Positions 29,558 to 43,300 of a DNA stretch of 64,000 bases are shown in pieces; the first letter of the stretch is position 1; each line of letters starts with the position of its first letter. The notes below the pieces were generated by a model that did not search any database, had not been told where the DNA came from, and was given only the letters and a program-made list of their open reading frames with translations. Position numbers and translations under genes: made by a program. The DNA lies in assembly GCA_030141605.1 (NCBI GenBank), contig JAQGDQ010000001.1, positions 3,100,001-3,164,000 of the forward strand. Direction: 5' to 3'. Source of the DNA: Tubiluchus corallicola (lineage: Eukaryota; Animalia; Priapulida).

Positions 29558-32500
29558 ATGACTAAAGAACGAGTGAATGTGATCAATAGTTACTTTGTGA
29601 GGGCAATGTCATTGCATCAGGTATGTTAGAATAATTTGAAAATGAAACAAATAGGGAGTGAAAAACTGCAAAGAAGTGTTTTTATTATGATTGTTTTCTG
29701 CCAAGCTTTTCTTAACATCATAAAGGTAAATATACATGATGCATATAAGTAGCAGTACTAGACTAAGATAACAATATTACTTGCAAGTAATTTTTGTACA
29801 AGCTCATTCATTGGGAATTTTAATCTTAGAATAGGTAATATGACTAAAAGGATATATTTTAACATTTAGTTAAAATGCATCATTTTTGTCTTTTAGGAAA
29901 CAGCACATGATAATGGAATAATCAGAAGTCCATTTCCAGATGTCTCAATTCCTAGTGATGTCACTATTTTTCAGAGTGTATTTAATAATTTGGATATTTA
30001 TGCACATAGCACTGCTGTAGTAGATGCCATAAGCGGGAGATCATACACATATCTTGACTTATCTTTAGCTGTAAAGAAATTTAGCAGTGCTTTGGCGCGG
30101 AACGGATTCAAAAAGAGTGATGTTTTTGCCATTTGCATGCCCAACTGCCCTGAATTTGTCATTTTCTTTTTTGCTGTAATTGGCTTAGGTGGAACAGTCA
30201 CGCCAATAAATCCGGCATACACTACTAGAGAAATCCGTAATCAGTTATGTGATTCTGAAGCAAAATGGATAATATCTGTGCAAGAATTAGAAAAAAAGAT
30301 TTGTAATGCTACATCAAACATCGCTGCAATAAAACACAAAATATTTATGGGAGGAAAATCCTCTGAAAAGAATTTTTCTGCTGAAGAATTACTTCAAGAT
30401 AATGGTTCTTGCTTTCCAAAACATGTACCAATTGATGTCCAAACGGATGTTGCAATTTTACCATATTCTTCTGGTACAACTGGTAAGCCCAAAGGTGTAA
30501 TGCTGACGCACTATTCTATAGTTGCAAATCTTCACCAAACAAAGATACAATGGCCATTTCGACCCGGAGACAAATACATTTGCTTTGTGCCAATGTACCA
30601 TGCATATGGTATTTACTTGACGTTGGGTGCTTTAAGTAATGGTTCCAGTGTGTATTATTTGCCAAAGTTTCACCCAGATACTTTTCTTGGAACTATCCAG
30701 AAATACAAAATTACTCATGCACACCTTGTTCCTCCAGTGATTATTTTCCTTGTCAAGTCTCCATTAGTGGAAAAGTACGATTTATCATCATTTCAGACTG
30801 CGTACAGTGGCTCAGCACCATTAGGTAATTTTTAATATATGATTTACTCAGTTTTGCAATGTAAATGTCATTACAGATAGTTACTTCTTATATTAATTAG
30901 TTTTATTTTGTTGTGCAATTGTCAACATTTTTGTTGATAAAAAATGATTTGAAGATTGAACATTCTCTGTCTGAAAACACAATTGAGCAAATTTGCATTG
31001 TGTAATATCATGTGATTCCTTATAATTTCATATAGTTCTTAAATCAATTTTGTAATTAGCAAACGTATGACAATTTATTGATATCTAAATTTTGTAAATA
31101 ACTGCAAACTGTGTGTATTGAACTTTGCTCTAGATTTTACTATGCACAAATCTATTTCAGTTAAATATTTTAAATTTCTAAAATATTCTTAGTTTGTTAG
31201 ATCTAATATGTTACTGCAAGTTATGTAGTAAGAATTTATAATATTTTTATTGATATTTAGCAAAAGAAATAAGCGATGCTTTTGTGAGAAAGTTTTCTCA
31301 CTTAAAAACCTTTCAACAAGGTTATGGAATGACAGAAACAAGTCCTGTCGTATGTGCTACACCAGAATGGGAGATTTTGCCTTCTACTGTTGGATACGTT
31401 GTGCCAAATTCAGAAGCAAAGGTAATGTCAGTTGTATAAGTTTCAGTGAAGTTTCTAAAGCAATTTTTATGATGCGAAAAACGTATTGTAGATGTTTATA
31501 TGGCCTGTCGTGCTATTACTTTAGTGTTTTCTCTTAGTTGCAAAGTACTGTGATGTTTGCATTGTGTAATATCATGTGATTCCCTATAATTATATAATTC
31601 GTAAATCAATTTTGTAACTGGCAAGCGCAAAGTGGCATTTACCAGACATTCGGAATGCTTAATGCATTTTGTGTTATCCACCTGCGGAATAGCTCCTTAT
31701 AAAAAATCAATAGGAAATAGCTGCAGAAAAAAATAATGTATATTGCAGGTCTGATAAACGGGTGCATTGAAAACAGTGTGAACCGATTTTATCTATTCTG
31801 CATCTGCATAAAGCATAAACATTCCAGATGTCTAGTAAATGAAACTTCATATGGCTGGCATATAGCATATTGCATACGATCAGGTGAACTACTGGCGAAG
31901 CTGTTAGTTTCGTTGATGGACTACCAAGCTTTTTTTGTATGTGGCATAGCGCCATTTAATCATCTATTTGTATGCAACTCGTAATTGCAGTGGGCACCAC
32001 CTAATTTGAGTATGCTAGCAGTTGATTGACGAGCACATTTGTTTTATTCTAGCTCTAACAAACCAAAGTGGTTCTTATTCAGGTTGTTGATTTAAAGACT
32101 GGTGAAGCGCTTGGTCCTAATAAAGAAGGAGAGATATATGTAAGAGGTCCTCATATCATGAAGGGTTATTTGAACAATTCTTCTGCTACTGCTGAAGCTA
32201 TAGATTCTGAAGGATTTCTTCATACTGGGGATACTGGCTATTATGATGAAGAGGGGTATGTCACATATTAAATATCGCCATTTGTACAGTTTAGCAACAA
32301 TATTCCAAGAAGGGAATAAAAAATGACTAAAATGACTTTTAAAAGTTGACGTTGAACTTTTAAAAATCTGCATGCGTTATTAATAGTAGAGCATCTTAAT
32401 TAGTTAAACAGACCTGCGAATTCTCATTACATTAATTAGGTATGTATCACCAATGCACATGCACATTCGAATCAGATTTTAGTACTGATGCATTCCACAA

Positions 32501-33964
32501 CTTCACATGCAAGTTTGCACATTGCTTGGCTTCCTTTGCCATTAGTATGCCTGCTACTCTCAATAATATAGTAGCGCTTATAGTCCTATAATGTATGTTA
32601 TACTAAAGGGTATTACAATTATTGGAAATTAAGCACTTTTGGGTATTACTGAGCTTTTTTCATATACCGACTATAATACATTAGTAGTACACCTGCTACT
32701 CTCAATAATAGAGTAGCGTTTATGAGTCTTATAATGTATATTATACTAAAGGGCATTACAATTATTGAAAATTAAGCATTTTTGGGTGCTACTGAGCTTT
32801 TTTCATATGTACAAAGGAACATATTTATACGTATAGCATAGTGAGCTATAATAACAGCTCAGTAGTACCATAAAATTGTCTTAATTTTAATTTTTTGCCT
32901 TAACTTTTTCGTAATTTGATTTTGATAATTAAAAATGCAAAAATTTCTGCAGCAAAATTTGTCACCTGGACCCCTGCCAGAGCGAGATGATCCCCGGGCT
33001 TTCTACATTTCACACCCGTTTTTACTTCAAATAATTGGGAAGTCTTGTTAAGATAAAGCATATCTATTTAAAGGTCTTTGATGTTTTTCAAAATCAGTGC
33101 ATTTTCTTGCGCTTGTTGACATACACATTGTATGTGACTAGGTCTTAATAGTTCATAAAAAATTAAAAAAATATTCTTATAATATTGTCAAGTCTTTAAA
33201 TTACTTGCACTAAATTGTGTATGTTGTTCTGCATATTATTTTAGTGAAACTTGGTTAGTACAATAAAGTAGCAGTTAACTTGCCCACTAATTTTGGTACT
33301 ACCCAACTAACTGTCTCATAACAAACTCCTAATTTAAGAAAGTTACATGTGATATTGCAGTTCTCCTAAAATGCTGCACAGATTTACTTGTTTTTTATAG
33401 CGAATCACATAAATAAAAATGAATAAAGCCAAAATACTGAAGAAGAATAAGAGAAAAATAAAGCCAAAATACTGCAGACTTACAGTATTGAATACTGAAT
33501 ACTGCAAACTTGCATTCATAATGATTTAAAGGTACTAAAATTATGATTTGCTTATTACTTAGTGGTAAACAATGTGAACTGAAACATTATTTAGCAATAT
33601 CTTATTAATTTGCAGGCATTTCTTCATAGTTGATCGAGTAAAGGAGTTAATCAAATATAATGCATACCAAGTGGCACCAGCAGAGCTTGAAGCATTGCTC
33701 CTTTCTCATCCGTATGTAGCTGATGCCGCTGTTATAGGAATTCCTAATGAACGCACTGGGGAGCTTCCTAAAGCATACATAGTAAAAAAGAACATCGACC
33801 TGACAAGAAGAGAAGTTCAGAAGTTTATAGAGAAAAATACAGCACCATTCAAGTGGCTCAGAGGTGGAGTGGAGTTTGTGTCAGAAATACCGAGATCTGC
33901 TAGCGGGAAAATTTTGCGAAAGTCTTTGCGTGATAGAGCAAGAAATACTAATGCAAAATTATAA
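29558..33964 (+). CDS. Luciferase-like / 4-coumarate-CoA-ligase-like acyl-CoA synthetase, paralog 1 (C-terminal PTS1 AKL)
   Basis: Exons 29558-29620 ([21 protein letters not shown]; acceptor at 29530), 29897-30824, 31261-31421, 32083-32255, 33616-33964; 557 aa from this ATG. Motifs: [40 protein letters not shown]. The true start may be further upstream. Confidence 0.93.
32541..32807. repeat. Imperfect ~140-bp tandem duplication in the last intron of paralog 1
   Basis: attagta..cctgctactctcaataatat..gtagcg...actgagcttttttcatat occurs twice. Confidence 0.85.
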
Positions 33965-36092
33965 AACTTGCTGACTATAAAAATGTTGTGTAACTCATCA
34001 GGTATATAATTTGATGTTTAACATTTCAGTATTTCCTTTTTGGATACAATTATGTACATGTTAATTTATATGTTGTCTTAACAATGCATTTTTGTTACAT
34101 TTTGACGTTATTTTGGCTACTGTTTTTGTAAAGATTCTGCATGTAGCATTACAGTAAAATGCAAAGAAACTTGTTTATCAGAATTGTGTGACAAAATACA
34201 CAAGATAACTACAAGACAAGTTAGATGTGATAAGCAAAAATTTGCATGCTAAAACAAGTGTTACTCGAAATACTGGACTACTGGTCAAGTGTTTCATCGA
34301 ACTCAAGATTGTGGATCAAAAATCCAACTCCGCTAATAGATGTGAAATGTTCTAGTATATTTCTTCGCAGGTTTAGATTTAAGTTTAGGTTTTGTAAAAA
34401 CTTAGATGGGTCATTGCTCTACTTGAATTCATGATGGGAAATCGAAAATCCGAATCCGACTCTGTCAATCGAATCTAAGTTGATACAGAATTCATTCTAG
34501 TGTGTGTCCTATAAAGTTTTATGATGATCCGTTGCTAACTGGTGGAGCTGTAGCCTTTTTTGAATATCATATTGCTGTAAGTTTGAATTCAAAATGGCAG
34601 ATCGAAACAAGGACTATGTCAATCGATTCGGAGTTCATTCTAGTATATTCCTGTAATGTTTCTTGACAATCTACTATAAATTCGCATTTAGAAAAAGGCT
34701 TAAGGTTCCACCAATTCACAGCAAATCGAGACAAAATTATATAGGAATATACTAGAATGAGTTCCACATCAACTGGTGGAATAAGATTTTTGATATGTCA
34801 TTTTGAATTTAACATGATGACAACATAATCATTTTCAACACATCATCATGAAATTTCACAGCTAAAACAAATTCTGCATCAACTGACGGAGTCCTATTTT
34901 CAATCTGCTATTTTAAATTCAAAATGGCAATGATGGTGCCATTTTCAAAAAAATACAAAGGTTTTTTTGAAAACAACAACAACATCCAGGTGAGTAGGGA
35001 TTTGGTTTGATCCATCGACCATGAAGTGATATAGTCTGGAGTGTTTGAAGGCATAATACTGTGGATCAAATTTTTTCGTGCAAATTGTCATATGCATGTT
35101 GCATGAACAGTATTAGAATGTTTCAGTACATAAACTTTGGATTTCGTTGTTTATAAATTCCTCTGGTTAGAATTAGAACAGAAAATTATTGATTATGTCA
35201 ATTTTATGAAGTTGTTCATTTTTTGTTGATTTTTGTATGGTTGTTGGTTTTGTTTGACGTTTGATTGTTAAATATTTAGAAATTAATTATTTAAATTTTA
35301 ATTGTTTGTTGCCTATATAGAATTTTGTGAAAGCATTGCAAAATGTGTTAATAATCTTATTTTTCGTTAATAATGAAATAAAATAATTATTTTAATTTGT
35401 GTTTGTTAGAATTTTAGGAAACGGATTATGTAAAAGAAAAATAATTTGACAGTGTTTGAATAAAGAATGTTAACCACATACAGAAATAACATTGCAATAA
35501 TAATAATAATAACAATAATAGTAAGTTTTCTATTTCTTTTTGAATATTTACAAGCACTTGTCTAAATGCCTAGTAGCAAATTGTTTTTGTGTTTGCAGTC
35601 ATTAGTTTTTGAGTACAAAGATTATATTGTTTTAGTATTACTAATTTGTTGTGTTTTGAGTACTTGACATTAGCACTGCTGATTTATAATGCAAAATGAA
35701 CTTTTGATATAGCAAATACGTTGCTAGATGGCAGTAATGGGGTTGGCAGTAGCTCTATTTTCAATACTATATGTGGGAAAAAGGAGTGAAGCAAAGAATT
35801 ACATTTTTGGTTAAAGCAAGTTTATCTGTTGCTTTGTTTTTAAGTTGTCGTTTTCCAATTTACCATCTGTTTCACCGTTGACATTTGGATAAGGTCCCAT
35901 TCCAGTGCAATCTATCCACATCTCCATTGCCTGAAATGTAAACCTTGTTAGTTTGGATGTACTTACTTTAGCCATTACATTTTTGTAGTTATTGAATACT
36001 TAAGTAAGTCACACCATTGACTGATAACTGTGACCTTCTAACCGGAGGCTCCTGCTAATTATATAATAAGCCTTTTCATGTTTTCGTTGTGC

Positions 36093-36218
36093 GCACACGT
36101 AGTTGCTGTAGGTCAAATGTTAAGTGTACTACAGCAACGCATCTTAACTACAACTGCACACGTAGTTGCTGTAGGTCAAATGTTAAGTGTACTACAGCAA
36201 CGCATCTTAACTACAACT
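36093..36218. repeat. Perfect 63-bp tandem duplication; each unit contains a 10-bp inverted repeat
   Basis: gcacacgtagttgctgtaggtcaaatgttaagtgtactacagcaacgcatcttaactacaact x2; gttgctgtag pairs with ctacagcaac. Confidence 0.92.
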
Positions 36219-37372
36219 GTCACACGACATGTAGGTAAAGCAAAGGGTCTGCCACACCAGTTCAGTAACTTTAGATGTTTTACGTCTACTTTACTTAATT
36301 ATGCATTAGTCTGTGTGTAGAGTGATTTACTAGTAGGATCTTGCTTGGTAACAAGAAAAAATGAACTAGGTAAGGTTCTAGTTAGGTGTTAAAACTGTTA
36401 ATGTTATAGTTGCTTAGGCTGCGAGGCATTGTCAAGTGTACACAAATGCTTTGTCTGGTATACTTAACCTTTGACTTTTCATGATCATCATCAATTACTG
36501 AAACTGTGAAAATGCTTATTAATCAACATGTTTCCTGTTTGTTTTCTATTATGTTGTCTGAAAGTTTTTCATGCACCTGACTAATGCACTCATTCACTTA
36601 TTGAGCTGATCTTATTTTTATGTTTAGCCTAACATATGACCCAGTTTCACTTATTTTTTCGAACATATTTAATGCATATCTGTCTCACATTGACACGAAA
36701 ACTGTTTCATGCATGTTTGTAAACACAGGCATTTCACAACTATTACTATTTTACAAGAGTTACAATTTCACAACTGTCACTATTTCACAAATGTCTCTTC
36801 TTATGCTCTTGTTGTCGTAATTATGTATTTAAACATAGTACATTAGTACATGTTTTTATAAAAGTGCACATAATTTTTGATTAATGGTTTTTAGTGCTGC
36901 AGAGCACAGTATAATAAACTTGGAAAATCACCGTAATCTTCTACTCTCTATACTTATACCTATATTTGAATAGGAACAGCTTTAATTATTGAGATCTATA
37001 CTCATTTCGTTGCATAGGAATGTTTGTATTTAGAAGGTGCAAGTACTTTTGTATATATACATTAAGCCAAACTGCAAATTCGTATAGTATATGTGAGTGT
37101 TCAAGGATTAATAGTGTAGTGACATTAGTTAAACACGTTATGGACATTATACTCTGTCAGTATGATGATTGCCAAGAGTGGAACTGAAATAAATGTATAC
37201 AGATCATTAAGCTGTGATTTCTCACTTAGCTGCAGCTGGAACGTACTTTACTTTTGTACTGATTGGGCCAATGTTAACTTAATAGTGTATAATGTCATTT
37301 GTGAACTTTCAGAACACGAGGACGAAATACACTATGCTTTAATTCAACGTACCATACTTATTGGAAACTACA

Positions 37373-40300
37373 ATGAAGAGCATGTGGAAAATGCCATCTG
37401 CGAATGCTAGTGAAAGGCTTGGCAGGATATCTTCACATTTGTGTGATGACAGGACATCTTATGTTGTAAGTACTATTAATCAATTTTATTTTTCTTGATG
37501 GTGAAAACGAGTCATAGCACACAAAGAATTGTAATGCTTTCCTTTTGACTTGTCATGCAGCTCTGATCTTTTCCTTTCTTAGCTGACTCCAGCTTATAGT
37601 AACAGTCGCTTTATGTACATACTCACACATGTGCGCCCGTGTGTGTGCGCTTGCATGTGTACACACGTGTGTGTAATCAATAGAAACATGTTGTCATGCT
37701 AATCTTAAGATTCACATTTAAAAATGCATACAAATATAGATATTTGTTCCTCACAAACGTTTTAGATGCTTCAGAGGTTTACGTATTTATTTCTCACGTT
37801 AAGGTCTATGTTTAATGCCTTGAGTCTGGACATGAACAGATTGCCAAAATAACAATACACGTTAAGAAGTCTTTTGGAGATTGTCAGTCTTATCCATGTG
37901 TTTACCTCTTTGCTTATTGTAAGAGGTAGCATTAGTAGTTCTCAAAGTAGAAATTGCAAAATTTATGAAAGTTTGTGTGAAATATAATGAAACGTAAAAT
38001 TTGATTGTTTTTTTATAGACAAATCGACTATGCCATGAGGCCAGTTCATGCGAGTTAATTGTGAGAAGCCCATTTCCTGATGTCTTTATTCCTAACAACT
38101 TGCCACTCTATCAGTTGCTCTTGAAAGCTGGCACAAAATACCCAAACAACTTAGCCGTAGTTGACGCTGTAACTGGACAATCATATACGTATCATCAGTT
38201 ACACAAAGTAGTCAGAAAACTTAGCAGTGCTTTAACCAGACAGGGGTTTAGAAAGGGTGACACCCTTGCGTTATGTGTTCGCAACTGTCCGGAGTTCGTT
38301 ATAGTCTTTCTTGGTGTTGTGGGCATTGGTGGAATATTATCACCAATTAATCCTTTATACACATCTTATGAAATACGTAGTCAGCTGCTGGACTCGGGGG
38401 CGAAATGGATCATAACGGAAGTGGAAGTTCAAGAGAAGGTTCGTGACGCAGCAGCAAGACTGTCTGGAATGCGAGGTTTTTTTATTGTGAATGATAAAGC
38501 ATTTCAAAAGAAGTCTTCATTTGGTGGATTGCTAGAGGATGATGGTTCTGCTATTCCTGAGTGCATAAGAATTGACGTTAAGTATGATGTAGCTGTACTA
38601 CCCTACTCATCAGGAACTACAGGACTGCCCAAGGGAGTTATGCTAACCCATTACAATTTGGTAGCCAACATTCACCAAGCTCAAGCTGCATGGCCTTTTC
38701 TGCCAAACAATAAGTACATTTGCTTTCTGCCAGCTTTCCATTCATATGGCATATTTCTCTTACTTGGTGCACTAAGTCATGGATCTGGCATATATATGCT
38801 TCCTGGGTTTCAACCAGAGACTTTCTTGAGTAGCATACAAAAATACAGGATCACGCATGCTCATCTAGTACCTCCTGTGATCACATTCTTAGTTAAATCA
38901 GCAATGGTGGATAATTATGACTTGTCTTCTCTGCAGACTATTTACAGTGCTGCAGCTCCCTTAGGTAGTAAATGATATGACCTTTTCTTATTTGTTTTTC
39001 TGTTAATGTTTGACTTTTCTAAATAGTGCAAATAATTCTAATAGCTTTTTCTTTTTAAAATTTTTCATAGAGTTCTCAAAATATCGAATTTAAGAAGAAA
39101 ATGGCAGTATTTTTCATTAGATATAGAGTCAATATTTTAGACATGTAACCATCAGTGACTATTAATTGCTTTAGTACATATCATTTGCTCACCATTGATC
39201 ACACTGTACTTCACATTGGGCTGTGAGTGACATTAGGTTGACCAAATTGTAGGCCTAATTTGCTGCTGGAACTTCGAAAGCTATCTTTGTTTACCTGCAA
39301 AAGAGCAAGAAAGGAATCATGCAAAAATTACCAAGTTTAGTTGGTATTATTGTTCATTCAGAATCAGCCTTTTATTCAGATATTGTGTTGCAATCAGAAA
39401 AATTACGCAGATAATCAGAAACTAATAAAAGCATTTGCAGACAATGTTTAAATTTTAAGGTAGTATCTTTGCCTATAGTACATATCCTGTAAATGTTATG
39501 AGTGCATTTCTTTAGATACATCAGTTTTATTATACCTTTTTGGTGTCAACAATTGATGGATTGTCACTGTTTGTTTAGCGAAAGACATTGGTATGGCGTT
39601 AATGAGAAAATTTTCGCACCTCAGGGCTTTTCAGCAAGGTTATGGTTTGACAGAAACGAGTCCAGTCGTAACAGCTACACCGGAATGGGAAATCATGCCG
39701 GCTACATCAGGTTATCTTATACCAAATACAGAAGTCAAGGTACATACAGATTTTGGTTTTTATGGAATCTTAACTGAGCAGTAATTAAAAGTATTAAGAG
39801 GTTTTGTTAATCCTTGATAGCCAGAGTAATAATCATGCCCTGTATTTAGTTTCACATTATCTTGAGTATAACGCATGAATTAAAGTAAATTTCCAGTTGC
39901 TTTGTTAGGTTTCAGCTAAGTTGAATCAAACTAGTTTCTTCATTAGTTTCAATCAAGTATTTTTTACTTCAATAGTAGCATTTAGTTTTTGATATACAGC
40001 TGTACTTGCATCATTGTGAATAATATTAAACTGTGGCTACGTAACTTGCTAAGAATTTTTGTATCTCATTACAAGTATTTTGATTAGTTTAGAGTCAGAG
40101 CAGCCATTAATTTAAGGTTCTTTTAATTTGCGAATTCTGGCTGATGAAAGGGAAATGTTTAAGTAGGCACAATCAATGCCTTGCAAACTGGTGCTTAAAA
40201 TGAAGTTTCAAAATTTCATTTGCCATGTTTACAAATTATGTGCCTTGTTGAGGGAAGATACAATGTTTTGCACATGTATCTGAATGCAGCTACTGTATAA

Positions 40301-43300
40301 ACAATCTGTGCTGATTTAATGTTTTCTCACCTTCATGAACTTCATCACCTTTCAGCAGCCCTTTCAACAAGTGCTAGATCCCGCTTGCAGGGTGATAAAC
40401 AGCATAAAAAGTGGCTGGTATTATAAAGAAAATGAACATTTTGACTACATTATAATGTGCATATTAATATCAATTATAACACAGTTTTCTTTATGTTAGG
40501 TTGTACATCTTGAAACTAAGGCAATAGTTGGGCCAAATGTGGAAGGAGAAATCTGTGTGAGAGGCCCTCAAGTGATGAAAGGATATTTGAATAATCTAAA
40601 AGCCACCAGTGAAAGTGTTGATGCAGATGGTTTTTTCCATACAGGTGATACTGGATATTATACTAACGATGGGTAAGAAATTTGGCATAGTGTGTATTGG
40701 TGTTACATAATGTTAGTTTTAGGCCACGGCATGTGCGTAAAAGCAATTGGGAAGGAGGAAGATAGTGGTCAGTTTTTTGCGACTGAGTTTGATTAAAATT
40801 TAGATTAATGAACCAACAGTCTTCTTGCATTTCTGTTCTGTGTACGATGGAGGGGCGGTTGGAGGGGCGGTTATACTTAGATAAGATCTAGTAGTTATAA
40901 TGCACAGAATAAAAGTAAAATTTGATCTATCATTAATTGAAAAATGAATAAACATCATTCGAAAATATGGAGCAGTTAAGCTGAAAACTGTTACATGATT
41001 TGTTATTAAGGGATTTCTGTTTGATTGTTGCACTGTTACAGGTGCTAATCATTTGCTGGCACACAAATGGTGAATGGCATGAATGGCTACACTGCTCACA
41101 GTGGTTAAAACAATGTGCAAGTTGGAGCATTATTCCAGTAACACAACAGTTAAAAATCAATCATTATAGATTTTAATGTTCAGATATAAAACCATCCCAA
41201 AAACAAGCATTTACATTGAACTACTGTTGAAGTGTGTTTTGGTTATTTATTTATTTATTAAATATACCCACAACGATCATTACAGCATAGCACGTAAAAG
41301 AATTTAATATCATATTTATCATTATGTACACAAGATGCCAAGCTGCAAATGATCCGTGGGATACTCAAGAAGTAATTACTTGTTCAGAGCACCCCAAATG
41401 AATGTGGATTGAGTGTAGTAGAAAAGAACAGTAAATGAGTAGAAAGGAAAAGTTAATAGGGAATAAAAAGAAAGAGAAAGATGTGATGGTATCTGTATGA
41501 AGTAATGCGAACTATAGAAATGTAAAAATCGACATAGATAGCAACGCGATGGATCCCGACAGGGACAGCAACATAATTAGCCAAATTTATTTCTTCTATA
41601 TAATTAGAAAAGATTTCACTTTTACAATTTCTTTTGAAGTTGTTTATAGATAAGAATTTTTTATGTATTCGTTGATGTTATTCTAAAGTCTAGGACCAGT
41701 GTTAGTGATGAAGTGCCTTGCCGCATCAGTCCTGCAATACTTAATTAGAAATTCATTAGATCTTGTTTAGTAATGTCTTACATTAGTAGATAATGGGTTT
41801 AAAAAGAAAGTGGGAAGTAGCTTATGTTTGGTTTTGTATATGTAAATAGTGGTATTTAGATTTATTTGATCATTTAGTGCTAGGATAGAATAGTTCTTAA
41901 AAAGATTAAGACCTACATTTTTACGCTTGTTCAAATTAGCTATCAATCTTATGAACTTACATTGTAGAGAGTTTAATTTAAGTATAGATGAAGGGTAGGT
42001 GTGCCCCCAAAATATATTACAGTAGGTTAAGTATGGCAGTACTAGACAATTATAAAGTGTGATAAGATGTTCTTTAGTAAAATAATGTTTCACTCACGTT
42101 TAACGCAATTTTAGAATGAATCATATTTAAGTGTGGTTTCCAATGTAAGCGTTCATTTAAGATAACACCTAAGAACTTCATTTCATTTACTTGTTCTACT
42201 GCATTGCCATTAATTTTTATAATACTGTTCATATTTATATATTGTTACTAGCTCTGAATAAACTGTATTTACTTTTTGTTGAATTTAATGCAAATTTGTT
42301 GATTATAAACCAGGCTGTAATTTTACCGAGTTCACTATTAATAGTGTCAAGTAGCTTGCTGTTTATCCTGAAGATAATACTTGTGTCATCAGCAAATTGG
42401 AAGACCTTTCCATTGTCAGTAATACAGTTTTGTAAGTCATTAATATATATTAAAAGCAACAGAGGTCGAAAAATAGATCCCTAGGGTACGCCATGTGTGA
42501 CTATTGCTTCATTGGGAAGGACATTGTTACATCTGACTACTTGAATTCGGTCCTTGAGGTTATTAGCATTCCATGAGTATGCCACCCTTCTAATGCCATC
42601 CTGGAATAATTTATCTAGCAAAACATCATGATTAACTGTATCAAAGGCCTTAGAGAGGTTGCAAAAATGCCAATGGCAACAGTGTTTTGTTCTAATGAAT
42701 TAATTATGTTGTTTATTATATTAATTAGGGCTAGCCGTGTAGAACTGCCCTTTCTAAAGCCATGCTGATGATTATAAGGTGCATTTTCTATGGTCAAGTA
42801 GTCTAATAATCTTTTATAGACAATTTTTTCTAATATTGTAGCAAAAAAAGCTAATAATAATATAGGTCTATAGTTATTAATATTTAAGGAGTCTTTAACC
42901 TTAAATAAAGGAATAATTACTGATTTGTTTTTAGTTGATAAGGTAATATTCCTGTTGTCAATGAGCGATTTGTTATATGTGTTAAAGGAGCAGCTAAGTT
43001 ATCAATTAAATCAATTATGACTTTGGGTAGAAAATTATCAAAGCCTGCCCCTTTATTATGGTTGAAAGATTTACAAGTAGATTTTAATTCATTTATTGTA
43101 ACAGGACTGAACATAAAAGCAGATTAATAATCACCCTTAAGATAAACTTTAGGGTTAGCACCAGTATTTGGAATTTCTGCAGCTAATTTTTGACTAATCT
43201 GCAAGAAATGCTCGTTGAAAGCACAAGTGACAGGTTAATTGTCAGTTATTATAACTTGCTCTTACCTTTAAGGGCATATGAACCAGATTTTCTATCTGAC

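Noticed and set aside
29990-30835. ORF-track starts and ends for the ligase ORFs (also 38061, 52029, 60245) as separate truncated genes or pseudogenes
   Set aside because: They are internal exons read into introns; GT donors after the APL codons join the next exons in frame.
36078-36320. 80-aa ORF with an internal repeat, or a CRISPR-like array
   Set aside because: Only a two-copy 63-bp duplication without spacers, in a eukaryotic context.
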